A stretch of DNA of 64,000 nt from Elusimicrobiota bacterium (GCA_016207645.1 JACQPH010000075.1:8101-72100), one strand, 5' to 3'. Shown: positions 1 through 8,935, numbered from the stretch's first letter. Made by a program: numbers and translations. Notes: generated by a model from the letters alone, not told the origin.

Positions 1-17
1 CGTTAAAGGATTTTAGC

Positions 18-347
18 TTACCACTTGCCGCCGCCGTAGCCGCCGCCGCCGCGACCGCCGCGATCGCCGCCGCGTCCGCCGCCGCCGCCGGAGCGGGGCT
101 CCATCGGGCGGGCTTCGTTGATGGTCAGCTTGCGGCCGCCGAAGTCGGTGCCGTTAAGCTTCTCCATCGCCGCCACGGCTTCCGCGTCGTTCGCCATCTC
201 GACGAAGCCGAAGCCGCGGGACTGGCCGGACTCCCTGTCCGTGATCAGCTTGGCGCTGGTGACCGCGCCGTAAGTGGCGAACAGGGCGCTCATCTCCGCT
301 TCGGTGGTTGAAAAGGGCAGACCGCCCACGTATATTCTCTTGCTCAT
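18..347 (-). CDS. RRM-domain RNA-binding protein with Gly/Arg-rich C-terminal tail
   Basis: RNP2-like IYVGGL and RNP1-like RGFGFVEM motifs; GGGGRGGDRGGRGGGGYGGG tail; AAGGAG SD upstream on minus strand. Confidence 0.9.
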   Translation of the reverse strand: MSKRIYVGGLPFSTTEAEMSALFATYGAVTSAKLITDRESGQSRGFGFVEMANDAEAVAAMEKLNGTDFGGRKLTINEARPMEPRSGGGGGRGGDRGGRGGGGYGGGKW

Positions 348-496
348 TGTGTTGTTCTCCTTGCGACTTTCATACCTGACTCAACTCTCTCTGCTCTATC
401 TTTTCCTGAATGTTGCCCGCTAGAATAGGCTTCAAAAACTTGAGTTCCGGTTTACTACACCTATATTATGACATAATAAACCCGCCGGAGCGGCCT

Positions 497-1756
497 TCAG
501 TTGTAGTGGCCGAAGGGGTCCTGGGGGGGCTTCGCGGAATTGGGGGGGACCACTTCGTAGGGGCAGGCGAAGTCCGGCTTGGTCTTGTCGCCCAGGGGCT
601 TGCGCAGCTTCTCGACCTTGCCGAGGAAAAGGTCGGCCCATTCTTCGGCGGTGTGGTACGGCTCGCGCAGGGGCGCGCGGGCCGCGGTGAAGAGGTCGAT
701 GAGCTGGGCGCGGGAGAGCAGCGAGAGCCGGCTTATCATCAGCTGCCTGGCTTTCTCGCCTATCTGGTGCAGGTCGCGGCCGGTGGAGTCTATCCCCGTC
801 AGCGAGCTGGTATGGGTGGAGTTGAGGTGCATGATGCAGGCGCGGGGGTCGTCCCATACTTTCTCTTTCGCCCATTTTTTGAAGTTCATGCGGCTGTTGT
901 GGTAGAGGCCGCGCCCGCCGAAGCTGATGCCCATATCCTGCAGCAGGACCACGGGGTTATTGCAGACGGCTTTCCCGGAGGCGCCGGCCGCTACGTCGTG
1001 CTTCTGGCAGGCTATGGCCTGGTTGGGGGCCTTATTGTCTGAGTTGGCCAGGAACTGGGCCATGCCGGCCAGGGCTTCCGCGCCCACCCGGTCGGGAAGG
1101 TTGTGGAATTCGTCGAAGCCTATGCCCGTATTGGGCTTGAACTCGATGCGCTCCCCGATCTTATCCTCTATGGTCACCTGCTGGCCCTGCTTCCAGGCGC
1201 CGGGGTCCTTCTCGCTCCTGAAAGGGTCCGAGGGGCAGTCGGGGCAGTTGAGCCGCACCGGGTACATCCGGTCGGCGTAGGCGCCGATGGCGGTCAGCAC
1301 CCAACTGGAGGCCACTTCGGCCATCACTTCGCCGCCGCCGTACTTCACCTTGAATTCCCTGCCCTTGGCGTCGCGGCACTTGAACTTGGGGGACATCCCG
1401 TTGGGCTTGCCGGCCTCGTAAGCCTCTTTCATCGGGACGTAGCTGCAGGTCACCAGCTCTTCGGGGGCGTACTTCATCTTCTCGTAGGGGCCGATCTTGA
1501 AATCAATGGCCGCTACGTTGAGCGAGCTTTCGGGCCGCCAGAGTGAGGCCTTCGTCACATATTCATCCCGCTCGGCTTTGGAAACGATGCCGAGTTTCAG
1601 CTTCTCAGCGGCGGCCCGCGCCGGGAGCGGGACTGCGGCGCCGGCCTGCATTACCCTCAGGTCTGCCGCGTTTAAGCCTTCGAGTTCGAACTGCGCCGCG
1701 GCCGGAGCCGGGCGGGCGAGGACCGCGAGCACCGCGAGAATTATCGTCTTTTTCAT
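497..1756 (-). CDS. secreted hypothetical protein, possible atypical kinase-like fold
   Basis: 419-aa ORF with signal peptide MKKTIILAVLAVLARPAPAAA; motifs FKVKYG, SDNKAPN (DxKxxN) and QDMG; family not recognised with certainty. Confidence 0.6.
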   Translation of the reverse strand: MKKTIILAVLAVLARPAPAAAQFELEGLNAADLRVMQAGAAVPLPARAAAEKLKLGIVSKAERDEYVTKASLWRPESSLNVAAIDFKIGPYEKMKYAPEELVTCSYVPMKEAYEAGKPNGMSPKFKCRDAKGREFKVKYGGGEVMAEVASSWVLTAIGAYADRMYPVRLNCPDCPSDPFRSEKDPGAWKQGQQVTIEDKIGERIEFKPNTGIGFDEFHNLPDRVGAEALAGMAQFLANSDNKAPNQAIACQKHDVAAGASGKAVCNNPVVLLQDMGISFGGRGLYHNSRMNFKKWAKEKVWDDPRACIMHLNSTHTSSLTGIDSTGRDLHQIGEKARQLMISRLSLLSRAQLIDLFTAARAPLREPYHTAEEWADLFLGKVEKLRKPLGDKTKPDFACPYEVVPPNSAKPPQDPFGHYN

Positions 1757-1764
1757 TTATGCTC

Positions 1765-2388
1765 CTAATATGTGCTGTCGCCGGGCAGCAGGCGCTGCGG
1801 TACATCCTTGAAAGAAGCTATCCTGCCGCGGTAGAGGTCCACTATCCAGGCCCTGTCGTACCTGGCGTCGGGCCACTCTACTGGGAAGGAGATTTCCGCC
1901 GCGGGCCCGTAAGGACTGTACTCCGCCAGCTCGCGGATTATGTCAGGGATGTGGCCGTGCTGCCAGGAGATCAGGACCATGCGGCCCGTATACCGCGGGC
2001 TCTCCATGATGTCCTTGACCAGTTTATGCGCCTGGCCGCGCGTGAAACCTGTATCGATGGCGATGTTCAAGGTCCGGGCGAGAGGCGCCACCGTCTGGAT
2101 GGAGCGTATCGAGCTGTCCTCGTTCTTGGGGGCCGTGGCGTAGATGGCGACGGGCGTGCCGTATCGAGTGACGGCCGGTACGGACTGGAAGAACCAGACC
2201 AGCGCGTCCGCGCGCTTGAAGCCTTTTTCGCTGAGCTGGTTGCCGTATTCCTGCTTCTCGGCGTGGCGTATCAGTATCACCTGGGCCGGGGCGGCGAAGG
2301 CCGAAGCGGCGCAGGCAAGCGCGGCGGCCGCGCAGAGAATAAATATGGATATTCTTTTTCTCATGAACTTCAATATCAATCGTAACAT
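1765..2388 (-). CDS. histidine phosphatase superfamily protein, secreted (start could be 2364)
   Basis: Signal peptide then VILIRHAEK (RHxE catalytic-type motif) and later SWQHGH; 8 nt upstream of the 497-1756 gene on the same strand. Confidence 0.7.
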   Translation of the reverse strand: MLRLILKFMRKRISIFILCAAAALACAASAFAAPAQVILIRHAEKQEYGNQLSEKGFKRADALVWFFQSVPAVTRYGTPVAIYATAPKNEDSSIRSIQTVAPLARTLNIAIDTGFTRGQAHKLVKDIMESPRYTGRMVLISWQHGHIPDIIRELAEYSPYGPAAEISFPVEWPDARYDRAWIVDLYRGRIASFKDVPQRLLPGDSTY

Positions 2389-2467
2389 TAGGGCCCGTGC
2401 CGGGGTATGAAGCCAACGGCCCAGGCCGGCGGAGTATTAAGTCCCATGCGGCCTGGGCCCTTACGGG

Positions 2468-3301
2468 TCAGATATCAGCGGGTACCGGGATGCCGCGGGC
2501 GGCGCAGAAAGCGCGCAGGTCGGCGGGGAAAGGGGCGGTGAGAACGCGGTCCAGTCCGGCGCTCCTCATGTCTATTTCATAACAGTGCAGGGCCTGGCGG
2601 GGAAGCAGGAGTTTCTCTTCCAGCGCCGGGGTCCAGCCGCTGTCTATGAAATCCAGGAAGAGGCGCTCGTCCGGGCCGTAGATCTTGTCCCCGACCAGAG
2701 CATGGCCGAGCCATTGGGCATGGGCCCTTATCTGGTGCTTGCGGCCGGTGCCGGTGACTACCCGGGCCAGCGTGAAGCCGCCGCCCTGAGAGAGAGGCTT
2801 GAAATGGGTGACGGCGGCCTGGCCGCCGGGCCGCACGGCCGATTTGGCGAAGACCGGGCTGCCCTCGTCGTCGCCCAGCGGCTGGTCCACCGTTACCGGG
2901 TCTTTAAGTTCCCCGGTCAGGATGGCAAAATAGACTTTGCCCGCCCGGCGCAGCCTCAGCGACTTCTGCAGGCGGTCCGCCGCTTCGGAGGTTTTGGCGA
3001 ACACTACCACCCCGGTGGTCTCGCGGTCCAGGCGGAAGACCAGGTGCGACACGCCGAGGCCCGTGTATTCCCGCACCGCGCCGGCCAGGCTGGACCAGGG
3101 GCCTGCTTTCGACGGGTGGCAGACCACGTCGCCGGGCTTGTCTATGGCGAGCACCCGGTCGTCCTCGTGGAGTATGCGTGTTTTCAGTTCTTCCGGAGCG
3201 AGAAGGCGGGCCCGCGGCTCTTTGAGCCGGCGCGGCCAATGGCTGGCCAGCGAGGGATCGAGCGGCCCCGGAAAGGCGGCGGGAGCCTTTTGAAATATCA
3301 C
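2468..3301 (-). CDS. RluA-family pseudouridine synthase
   Basis: FRLDRETTGVVVFA catalytic-Asp motif and HQIRAHAQWLGHALVGDKIYG C-terminal signature. Confidence 0.85.
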   Translation of the reverse strand: MIFQKAPAAFPGPLDPSLASHWPRRLKEPRARLLAPEELKTRILHEDDRVLAIDKPGDVVCHPSKAGPWSSLAGAVREYTGLGVSHLVFRLDRETTGVVVFAKTSEAADRLQKSLRLRRAGKVYFAILTGELKDPVTVDQPLGDDEGSPVFAKSAVRPGGQAAVTHFKPLSQGGGFTLARVVTGTGRKHQIRAHAQWLGHALVGDKIYGPDERLFLDFIDSGWTPALEEKLLLPRQALHCYEIDMRSAGLDRVLTAPFPADLRAFCAARGIPVPADI

Positions 3302-3302
3302 C

Positions 3303-4235
3303 TTAGAATTCGCTGTTGCTGAGCCCGGCGTAGATCAGGGCGCCGCCGTTCAGGGAGGACAGCGCTCCGCGTATTTCCGTCTTGGACACGGCCAGGCAGC
3401 CGAAGGAGCGGCCCTGGGTCATGTTCGCTTCCCTCACATAATCGGACTCGTGCATTACCACGGCCCTGGAAAGAGCGTTGGAATTGGTGGCGGACTGGCC
3501 GTGCAGGCGCATGGACCTGCCGCGGCTGCCGTTATACAGGGCGCCGGTGACGTAGAACCCCAGGGAGGAAGCCTTCGAGTTGGGCACATTGCTGAACTTG
3601 TTGGCGTAGCCGTCGCCGTCGGGGTCGGAGCCTTTGCCGTGCGCGACGCGGATGGCGCGCACTTCTCCGCTCTGCACGTTCAGGATATAGAACCTGGCCT
3701 TGCTGGAATGCGCGGCGAAATCCACTATGCCGAGATAGTTCCTGTTCTTGATCTTGTCGGGGTTGGCGTTGAAATACTCCAGGGCTTTCCTCTTGAGGTC
3801 CGCGGGGATGCCGTCGCCGCCGGCCTGGCCGCCCTGCGCGGGGCCCGGCTGCTGGGGCTGCTGCGGCTGATCGCCCGGGGTTTCCTGAAGTTCGGACGGG
3901 TCCACGGGGGTGTAGGTGGATTCGTCCTTGTATTCTTCTTCGGGCAGGGAGTCGTCCTCCAGGGTCCCTTCCACCTGGGGCGCTTCCCCGGGCCGGGTGG
4001 CTATCTCGATATCGCCGTTATCGCCGAAGATAAGCTTCAGCAGGTTGATTATGAGCTGTTCGAAAACAGGGGTGGGCTGGATCTCGTACTGGGTGGTGGC
4101 GGAGTTCTTTCTGAGGCTTCCGGTGTCTATGCGTATCTCCTCGGAAGACTTGCGGAGCTGCTCCAGGCTCTGCGCGGCCATGAGCGGTCCGGAAGTGAGC
4201 AGTACGGACAGCGCGATGAGCATGATCTTTTTCAT
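3303..4235 (-). CDS. L,D-transpeptidase catalytic-domain (YkuD_2-like) family protein, secreted
   Basis: Signal peptide MKKIMLIALSVLL (start at internal Met with GGGAGA SD); C-terminal HGKGSDPDGDG...SSLGFYVT...GRSFGCLAV pattern; Pro/Gln-rich linker. Confidence 0.7.
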   Translation of the reverse strand: MKKIMLIALSVLLTSGPLMAAQSLEQLRKSSEEIRIDTGSLRKNSATTQYEIQPTPVFEQLIINLLKLIFGDNGDIEIATRPGEAPQVEGTLEDDSLPEEEYKDESTYTPVDPSELQETPGDQPQQPQQPGPAQGGQAGGDGIPADLKRKALEYFNANPDKIKNRNYLGIVDFAAHSSKARFYILNVQSGEVRAIRVAHGKGSDPDGDGYANKFSNVPNSKASSLGFYVTGALYNGSRGRSMRLHGQSATNSNALSRAVVMHESDYVREANMTQGRSFGCLAVSKTEIRGALSSLNGGALIYAGLSNSEF

Positions 4236-4334
4236 AATGTCTCCCTGTCTATAGTCTAACAAATCCCGCCGTCTTTCAAAGGGGAATTGGACCTATGCGC
4301 GGCTGGGTCCTATGTCCCGGCGCCTGCTTGCTCT

Positions 4335-4363
4335 TGAAATTCCGGGTTCCGGAAGCTATACTA
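4335..4363 (+). promoter_or_regulatory. sigma70-like promoter (TTGAAA-17-TATACT)
   Basis: TTGAAA at 4335-4340, 17-nt spacer, TATACT at 4358-4363 in an intergenic region. Confidence 0.35.
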
Positions 4364-4369
4364 TATTTA

Positions 4370-4483
4370 GGAGTAGCGGTGCGGTGCGCTATAGGTGAGT
4401 ATGGAGCCCATGCAACGACTGGCGGCAAAGGAAAAAGCCGCATAAGCAAGGGAAGCCGGGGGTCGCCCCGGCTTTCTTCGTTC
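4370..4483 (+). ncRNA. candidate small RNA or leader (promoter-to-terminator unit, about 115 nt)
   Basis: Lies between the predicted promoter and an intrinsic terminator; internal hairpins (GCGGC-10 nt-GCCGC); contains a 14-codon mini-ORF at 4402-4446; no known RNA family recognised. Confidence 0.3.
4455..4483 (+). terminator. intrinsic terminator
   Basis: AGCCGGGG-GUCG-CCCCGGCU stem-loop followed by TTCTTCGTT. Confidence 0.5.
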
Positions 4484-4587
4484 CGGCGGAGACGCCGTTT
4501 CCCCGGATAAGCCCGCCGGCGATCGCCGTCAGCGCCTCTCCCGAATAAGCCCTTTTTGGTTCTCCCGATTTATACTATAATTCCGCT

Positions 4588-5553
4588 ATGACCATAATTT
4601 CAAGGTTTTTAGCGGTATGTCTTTGCGCCTTCCTGTCGGTCCGCTCGAGCGCGGCCGTTCCCGGTGAAAATTTAATACCTGCCGAGGGGGCCGGCCTGGA
4701 GCTGGCGCTGCAGGCCGGGGCTCTCGAAAAAGCGCCGCCCGCCGCGGCGCCGGCGTCCAGGACGCAGGAATATTCCGGTACCGAGGCCTGCTACAGGGCC
4801 GCAAGCCCGCTGACCCAGTTCCCGCCCCTGCTCTGCGCCGGCGCTTCTTCCGCCGCCCCGGCCGACTGTTTCAAGGCCGCCAAAGGTCTTACGAATTATC
4901 CCGCCATGCTCTGCTCCGGCGCCGTTTCGAACGCGCCGGTGGACTGCTTCAAGGCGGCGAAGGACCTGACCAGGTTCCCGGCCCTGCTCTGCGCCGGGGC
5001 CGTGGATCCCGTCTCCCCCGCCGCCTGCTTCAAAGCGGCCGACAAGGTCACCAGTTACCCGGCCCTGCTCTGCCAGGGAGCCGTGTCGGAAGCCCCCGTG
5101 GTCTGTTTCCGCGCCGCCGAGAAGGAAACCAGGTACCCCGCCCTGCTCTGCGCCGGCGCGGTGAGCGCCGCGCCGGCCGACTGCTTCAAGGCCGCCAAAG
5201 GCCTGACCGATTATCCCGCGCTTTTATGCTCCGGGGCCGCTTCCCTGGCGCCAATAGACTGCTTCAAGGCCGCCAAGGGCCTGACCGATTACCCGGCCCT
5301 GCTCTGCTCGGGCGCGGTCTCGAACGCGCCGGTGGACTGCTTCAACGGGCTTAAGGACCTGACGAAGAACCCCGCCCTGCTCTGTTCTCCCAACGGCGCG
5401 CTCAAGGGCGTCACGCATCACAAGATCGACCCTTCGTACAGGCACCCGTACCCTTTCCCTTTTCCGAACCCTTACCCGTTCTGGTTCCCTTTCCCGGACC
5501 CGAACACGGACCCCGGCCAGCCTCCGCCGCCCGCGCCTACCCCCCAGCCCTGA
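4588..5553 (+). CDS. secreted tandem-repeat protein (8 x 26-aa two-Cys repeats) with Pro/aromatic-rich C-terminus
   Basis: Signal peptide MTIISRFLAVCLCAFLSVRSSAA; repeats CFKAAKGLTDYPALLCSGAVSNAPVD; tail YPFPFPNPYPFWFPFPDP...PPPPAPTPQP. Confidence 0.75.
   Translation: MTIISRFLAVCLCAFLSVRSSAAVPGENLIPAEGAGLELALQAGALEKAPPAAAPASRTQEYSGTEACYRAASPLTQFPPLLCAGASSAAPADCFKAAKGLTNYPAMLCSGAVSNAPVDCFKAAKDLTRFPALLCAGAVDPVSPAACFKAADKVTSYPALLCQGAVSEAPVVCFRAAEKETRYPALLCAGAVSAAPADCFKAAKGLTDYPALLCSGAASLAPIDCFKAAKGLTDYPALLCSGAVSNAPVDCFNGLKDLTKNPALLCSPNGALKGVTHHKIDPSYRHPYPFPFPNPYPFWFPFPDPNTDPGQPPPPAPTPQP
4789..5391 (+). repeat. in-frame 78-bp tandem repeat array (about 8 units)
   Basis: Repeated coding units visible at both protein and DNA level; units 6 and 7 nearly identical. 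Confidence 0.85.
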
Positions 5554-5597
5554 CCAGCCGCGTTGCGTACATTTGAGAGGCCGAAAGAGAGCGGAGC

Positions 5598-6149
5598 ATG
5601 CCGGAACCGAGTTTCGCCGTAATACTGTTCTGTTTTATTTCCGGCCTGGCCTTTACCGGGGCGGCTTTGCGCGTCCTGGACAGGAAAGCGAAGATCTCGC
5701 GCCGCGCGAAAGCCCGCTTCCCGGACGCCTTCCTGGCCGGCTCCGTGACTTTTACTTTGGTCTATTTCCTGAACAGGCTGGCCTTCCCGGCCCGGCCGAA
5801 AGCGACGGCCGCGGCCAACCTGCTCCTGTTGGCCGGCATTCTGCTCTACCCGTATGCCAGGAAGAAGTTCCGCCGCCTGAAGCCCAAAATAGTGAAAAAG
5901 CACCCGCTGCAGGACGAGGCCGCGGCCCTGGAGCGGATGTTCGCGCGGGACCCGCTCAACGCTTTCTGCCTGGAGAAACTGAGCGAGCTTTATGAAAAGA
6001 TGGGGGAGCACGACAAGGCGCTCTCGGCGGCCAACCAGGCGGCCCGGCTGGACCCGACCGTGAAGAACAAGTGGCGGGCCGAGGACCTGGAAAAAGAGGC
6101 CCGCGGGAAAAAGCCGGGTAAAAAACGCTGGCCCGGCGGCGGACGGTGA
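5598..6149 (+). CDS. membrane protein with C-terminal TPR-like motif
   Basis: Hydrophobic N-terminal helices; LEKLSELYEKMGEHDKALSAANQAARLDP TPR-like segment. Confidence 0.55.
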   Translation: MPEPSFAVILFCFISGLAFTGAALRVLDRKAKISRRAKARFPDAFLAGSVTFTLVYFLNRLAFPARPKATAAANLLLLAGILLYPYARKKFRRLKPKIVKKHPLQDEAAALERMFARDPLNAFCLEKLSELYEKMGEHDKALSAANQAARLDPTVKNKWRAEDLEKEARGKKPGKKRWPGGGR

Positions 6150-6153
6150 AACC

Positions 6154-7464
6154 ATGAAAATATTGAAATTCGGCGGTACTTCCGTAGGCTCGGCGGAAAG
6201 GATGCGCGCGCTGGCCGGCCTGATAAACGACGGCGCGCCCAAGATAGTGGTGCTTTCGGCCATGGCCGGCACCACCAATGCCCTCGTGGAGATAGCCGGC
6301 GCGGTCTGCGCGGGGGAGCGGGTGAAGGCCGAAGGGCTGATCGGCGCGCTGGAGGAGAAGTATTCCGCTGTGGCCGCGGAGCTGTACGGCCGGGGGGAAA
6401 CCCTGGCGGGGGGGAAGGAGCTGCTGGCCTCCCGTTTCGCGGAACTGCGCGCGCTGGCGGCCGGGCCGTTCACGGGGAAAGAGGAGCGCGCCGTGCTCGC
6501 CCAGGGAGAGCTGCTTTCCACCGGGCTGTTCCAACTGCTGCTCGAGGAGGGGAAGATAGACTCGGTACTGCTGCCGGCCCTGGCTTTCATGCGCATAGAC
6601 GCCGACGGGGAGCCGGCTATGGCCTATATCGAGGCTGAAGCCGGGAAGGAACTGGCGAAGCATCCGGGGAAGGAATTGTTCATAACGCAGGGCTATATCT
6701 GCAGGAACCCCGCCGGGGAGATAGACAATTTGAAGCGCGGCGGGAGCGACTATACCGCCACCATCCTGGGCGCCGCCATCCGGGCGGAGGAGATCCAGAT
6801 CTGGACCGATATAGACGGGATGCATAACAACGACCCCCGCGTAGTGGAGGGGACGAGCCCGATAGCGGAGCTCTCTTTCGACGAGGCCGCCGAGCTGGCC
6901 TATTTCGGCGCGAAGATCCTGCACCCGACCTGCATCCTGCCCGCCCAGTTGAGGAACGTCCCCGTGAGGCTGCTGAACACCATGCAGCCCGCCGCCAGGG
7001 GCACCCTGATCACGGAAAGGACGGCGGGGGACCAGATCAAGGCCGTGGCGGCCAAGGACGGCATCACGGCCATCAAGATAAAATCGGGGCGGATGCTCCT
7101 CGCCTACGGCTTCCTGCGGGCCGTCTTCGGGATCTTCGAACGCTATAAGACGCCTATCGACATGATAACCACGTCGGAGGTCGCGGTCTCGCTGACGATA
7201 GACGACACGAAGAACCTGGACGCCATCGTCCGGGAACTGAAGGGCTTCTGCAGCGTCGAGGTGGACTACGGGCTCACCATAGTCTGCGTCGTGGGGAGTT
7301 TCACCGCCGAAAAAGAGGGCTACGCCCTGAAGATCTTCGAGGCCATGAAGAACATCCCCATCCGGATGATCTCCTACGGCGGGAGCGAGAACAACGTGTC
7401 CGTGCTGGTGAAGACGGAAAGGAAGAGCGAAGCGCTGCTGGCCCTGAACAAAGGGCTGTTCTGA
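6154..7464 (+). CDS. lysC: aspartate kinase
   Basis: MKILKFGGTSVGS N-terminus and ACT-domain-length C-terminal region. Confidence 0.9.
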   Translation: MKILKFGGTSVGSAERMRALAGLINDGAPKIVVLSAMAGTTNALVEIAGAVCAGERVKAEGLIGALEEKYSAVAAELYGRGETLAGGKELLASRFAELRALAAGPFTGKEERAVLAQGELLSTGLFQLLLEEGKIDSVLLPALAFMRIDADGEPAMAYIEAEAGKELAKHPGKELFITQGYICRNPAGEIDNLKRGGSDYTATILGAAIRAEEIQIWTDIDGMHNNDPRVVEGTSPIAELSFDEAAELAYFGAKILHPTCILPAQLRNVPVRLLNTMQPAARGTLITERTAGDQIKAVAAKDGITAIKIKSGRMLLAYGFLRAVFGIFERYKTPIDMITTSEVAVSLTIDDTKNLDAIVRELKGFCSVEVDYGLTIVCVVGSFTAEKEGYALKIFEAMKNIPIRMISYGGSENNVSVLVKTERKSEALLALNKGLF

Positions 7465-7544
7465 GCCGCGCGAAGACCGGGCCGCCGGGGGGCCGGGTCC
7501 GTTCTGAGAGGGACCGGCGGGCGCCGGCCCGGGGACTTTTTTAC

Positions 7545-7573
7545 TTGTAGCGGACAGGCCATTTCTGTAGAAT
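7545..7573 (+). promoter_or_regulatory. promoter TTGTAG-17-TAGAAT, -10 ends 6 nt before ATG (leaderless-type)
   Basis: Hexamers at 7545-7550 and 7568-7573; no SD before the ATG at 7580. Confidence 0.4.
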
Positions 7574-7579
7574 CTTAAA

Positions 7580-8911
7580 ATGGGCGAAATCAGGCGGCGC
7601 GTGCTCGTGGTGGATGACGACGACGAGATAAGGGACCTCGCCTCCGCCGTTCTTTCCCAGGAATATGAAGTCATGGATGCCGTGGACGGAGTGGCCGGCT
7701 GGGAAAAAGCCAGGTCCTGGCGCCCCGCCCTTGTTATCACGGACCTGATGATGCCGCGCATGCACGGCTACGAGCTCTGCAAGCTGCTCCGGGGTCGGGA
7801 CGGGCTGAGCGGAGTGAAGATACTTGTCGTGTCCTCGAAACCCTTCGCCACCGACAAGGCTCAGGCCCTCGCGGCCGGCGCCGACGATTACCTGGTGAAG
7901 CCGTTCGTAATAGACGATCTGAAGAACGTGGTAGGGAAACTCCTCTCCTCCGCGGCGGGCGCGCCGCCGCCGCCGGCGCCGGACGAACCCGGCGCGACAA
8001 AGCGCTCCTCCTTCCTCTCTTCCGTGCCGGCGCCGACGGGGGCCAGCCGGATCTATGTGCGTTTCTGGGGGACGCGCGGCTCCTGTCCCACCGGCGGGGT
8101 CAAGACCGTGCGCTACGGGGGGAATACACCCTGCACCGAGGTCAGGGTGGGCGACGTCCCGCTGATAATAGACTGCGGCACCGGCCTGCGCGAGCTGGGC
8201 GTGGAGCTGACCCGCGAGTTCTCCGGCAGGCCCCTGGTGGGCCATATCTTCGTCGGGCATACGCACTGGGACCATATCCAGGGCTTCCCTTTCTTCACGC
8301 CGCTCTACAACCCGCAGAACACCTTCACGGTCTACAGCGTGCACGGGGCGCGCAGCAGCCTGCGGAGCATCTTCAGCGAATCCATGGCCCTGGATTATTT
8401 CCCGGTGCCGCTTTCCAGCCTGGCCAGCAAGCTCAGCTTCGTGGAGCTGGAAGGGTCCGTGGACCTGGGCGTGGCGAAGGTGCATTACCATCACCTGAAC
8501 CATCCGGGGGTCTGCATCGGTTTCCGCATAGAGGCTCAGGGGACGGTCATAACCTACCTGAGCGACCACGAGGGTTTCGTTAAACTCGGGGGCGACGGGG
8601 ACCTGTCCCGCCGCCAGGACGCCGCCGTTGTGGACTTTGCCCGCGGCAGCGACCTGCTGATAATGGAAGCCCAGTACACGGAGCAGGAATATTCCACGCG
8701 GAAGGGCTGGGGGCACGGCACGTATGAGGACGCGGCCGCCCTCGCGGCCGCCGCCGGGGTGAAGAGCCTGGCTCTCTTCCACCACGACCCCTCGCATACG
8801 GACGAGATAATGGACGCCAATGTTAAGGCCTGCCGGGACCTGCTTGGCGCGGCCGGCTCGAAAGCGGACTGTTTTGCGGCCTGCGAGGGCTTGCGCATAG
8901 ATTATCCTTGA
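7580..8911 (+). CDS. response regulator receiver fused to MBL-fold metallo-hydrolase
   Basis: REC N-terminus (VLVVDDDDEIR...ITDLMMP), Pro-rich linker, then HTHWDHIQG metallo-beta-lactamase motif. Confidence 0.8.
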   Translation: MGEIRRRVLVVDDDDEIRDLASAVLSQEYEVMDAVDGVAGWEKARSWRPALVITDLMMPRMHGYELCKLLRGRDGLSGVKILVVSSKPFATDKAQALAAGADDYLVKPFVIDDLKNVVGKLLSSAAGAPPPPAPDEPGATKRSSFLSSVPAPTGASRIYVRFWGTRGSCPTGGVKTVRYGGNTPCTEVRVGDVPLIIDCGTGLRELGVELTREFSGRPLVGHIFVGHTHWDHIQGFPFFTPLYNPQNTFTVYSVHGARSSLRSIFSESMALDYFPVPLSSLASKLSFVELEGSVDLGVAKVHYHHLNHPGVCIGFRIEAQGTVITYLSDHEGFVKLGGDGDLSRRQDAAVVDFARGSDLLIMEAQYTEQEYSTRKGWGHGTYEDAAALAAAAGVKSLALFHHDPSHTDEIMDANVKACRDLLGAAGSKADCFAACEGLRIDYP

Positions 8912-8935
8912 TATCTATATAAACAGGATATCTAT

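Noticed and set aside
4410-4483. ZTP (pfl) riboswitch, suggested by the CGACUGGCGG word
   Set aside because: I could not find the downstream CCGCCUGGG-type pseudoknot partner or the other conserved pfl segments. The downstream gene is not purine or folate related. Left as an unclassified candidate RNA.
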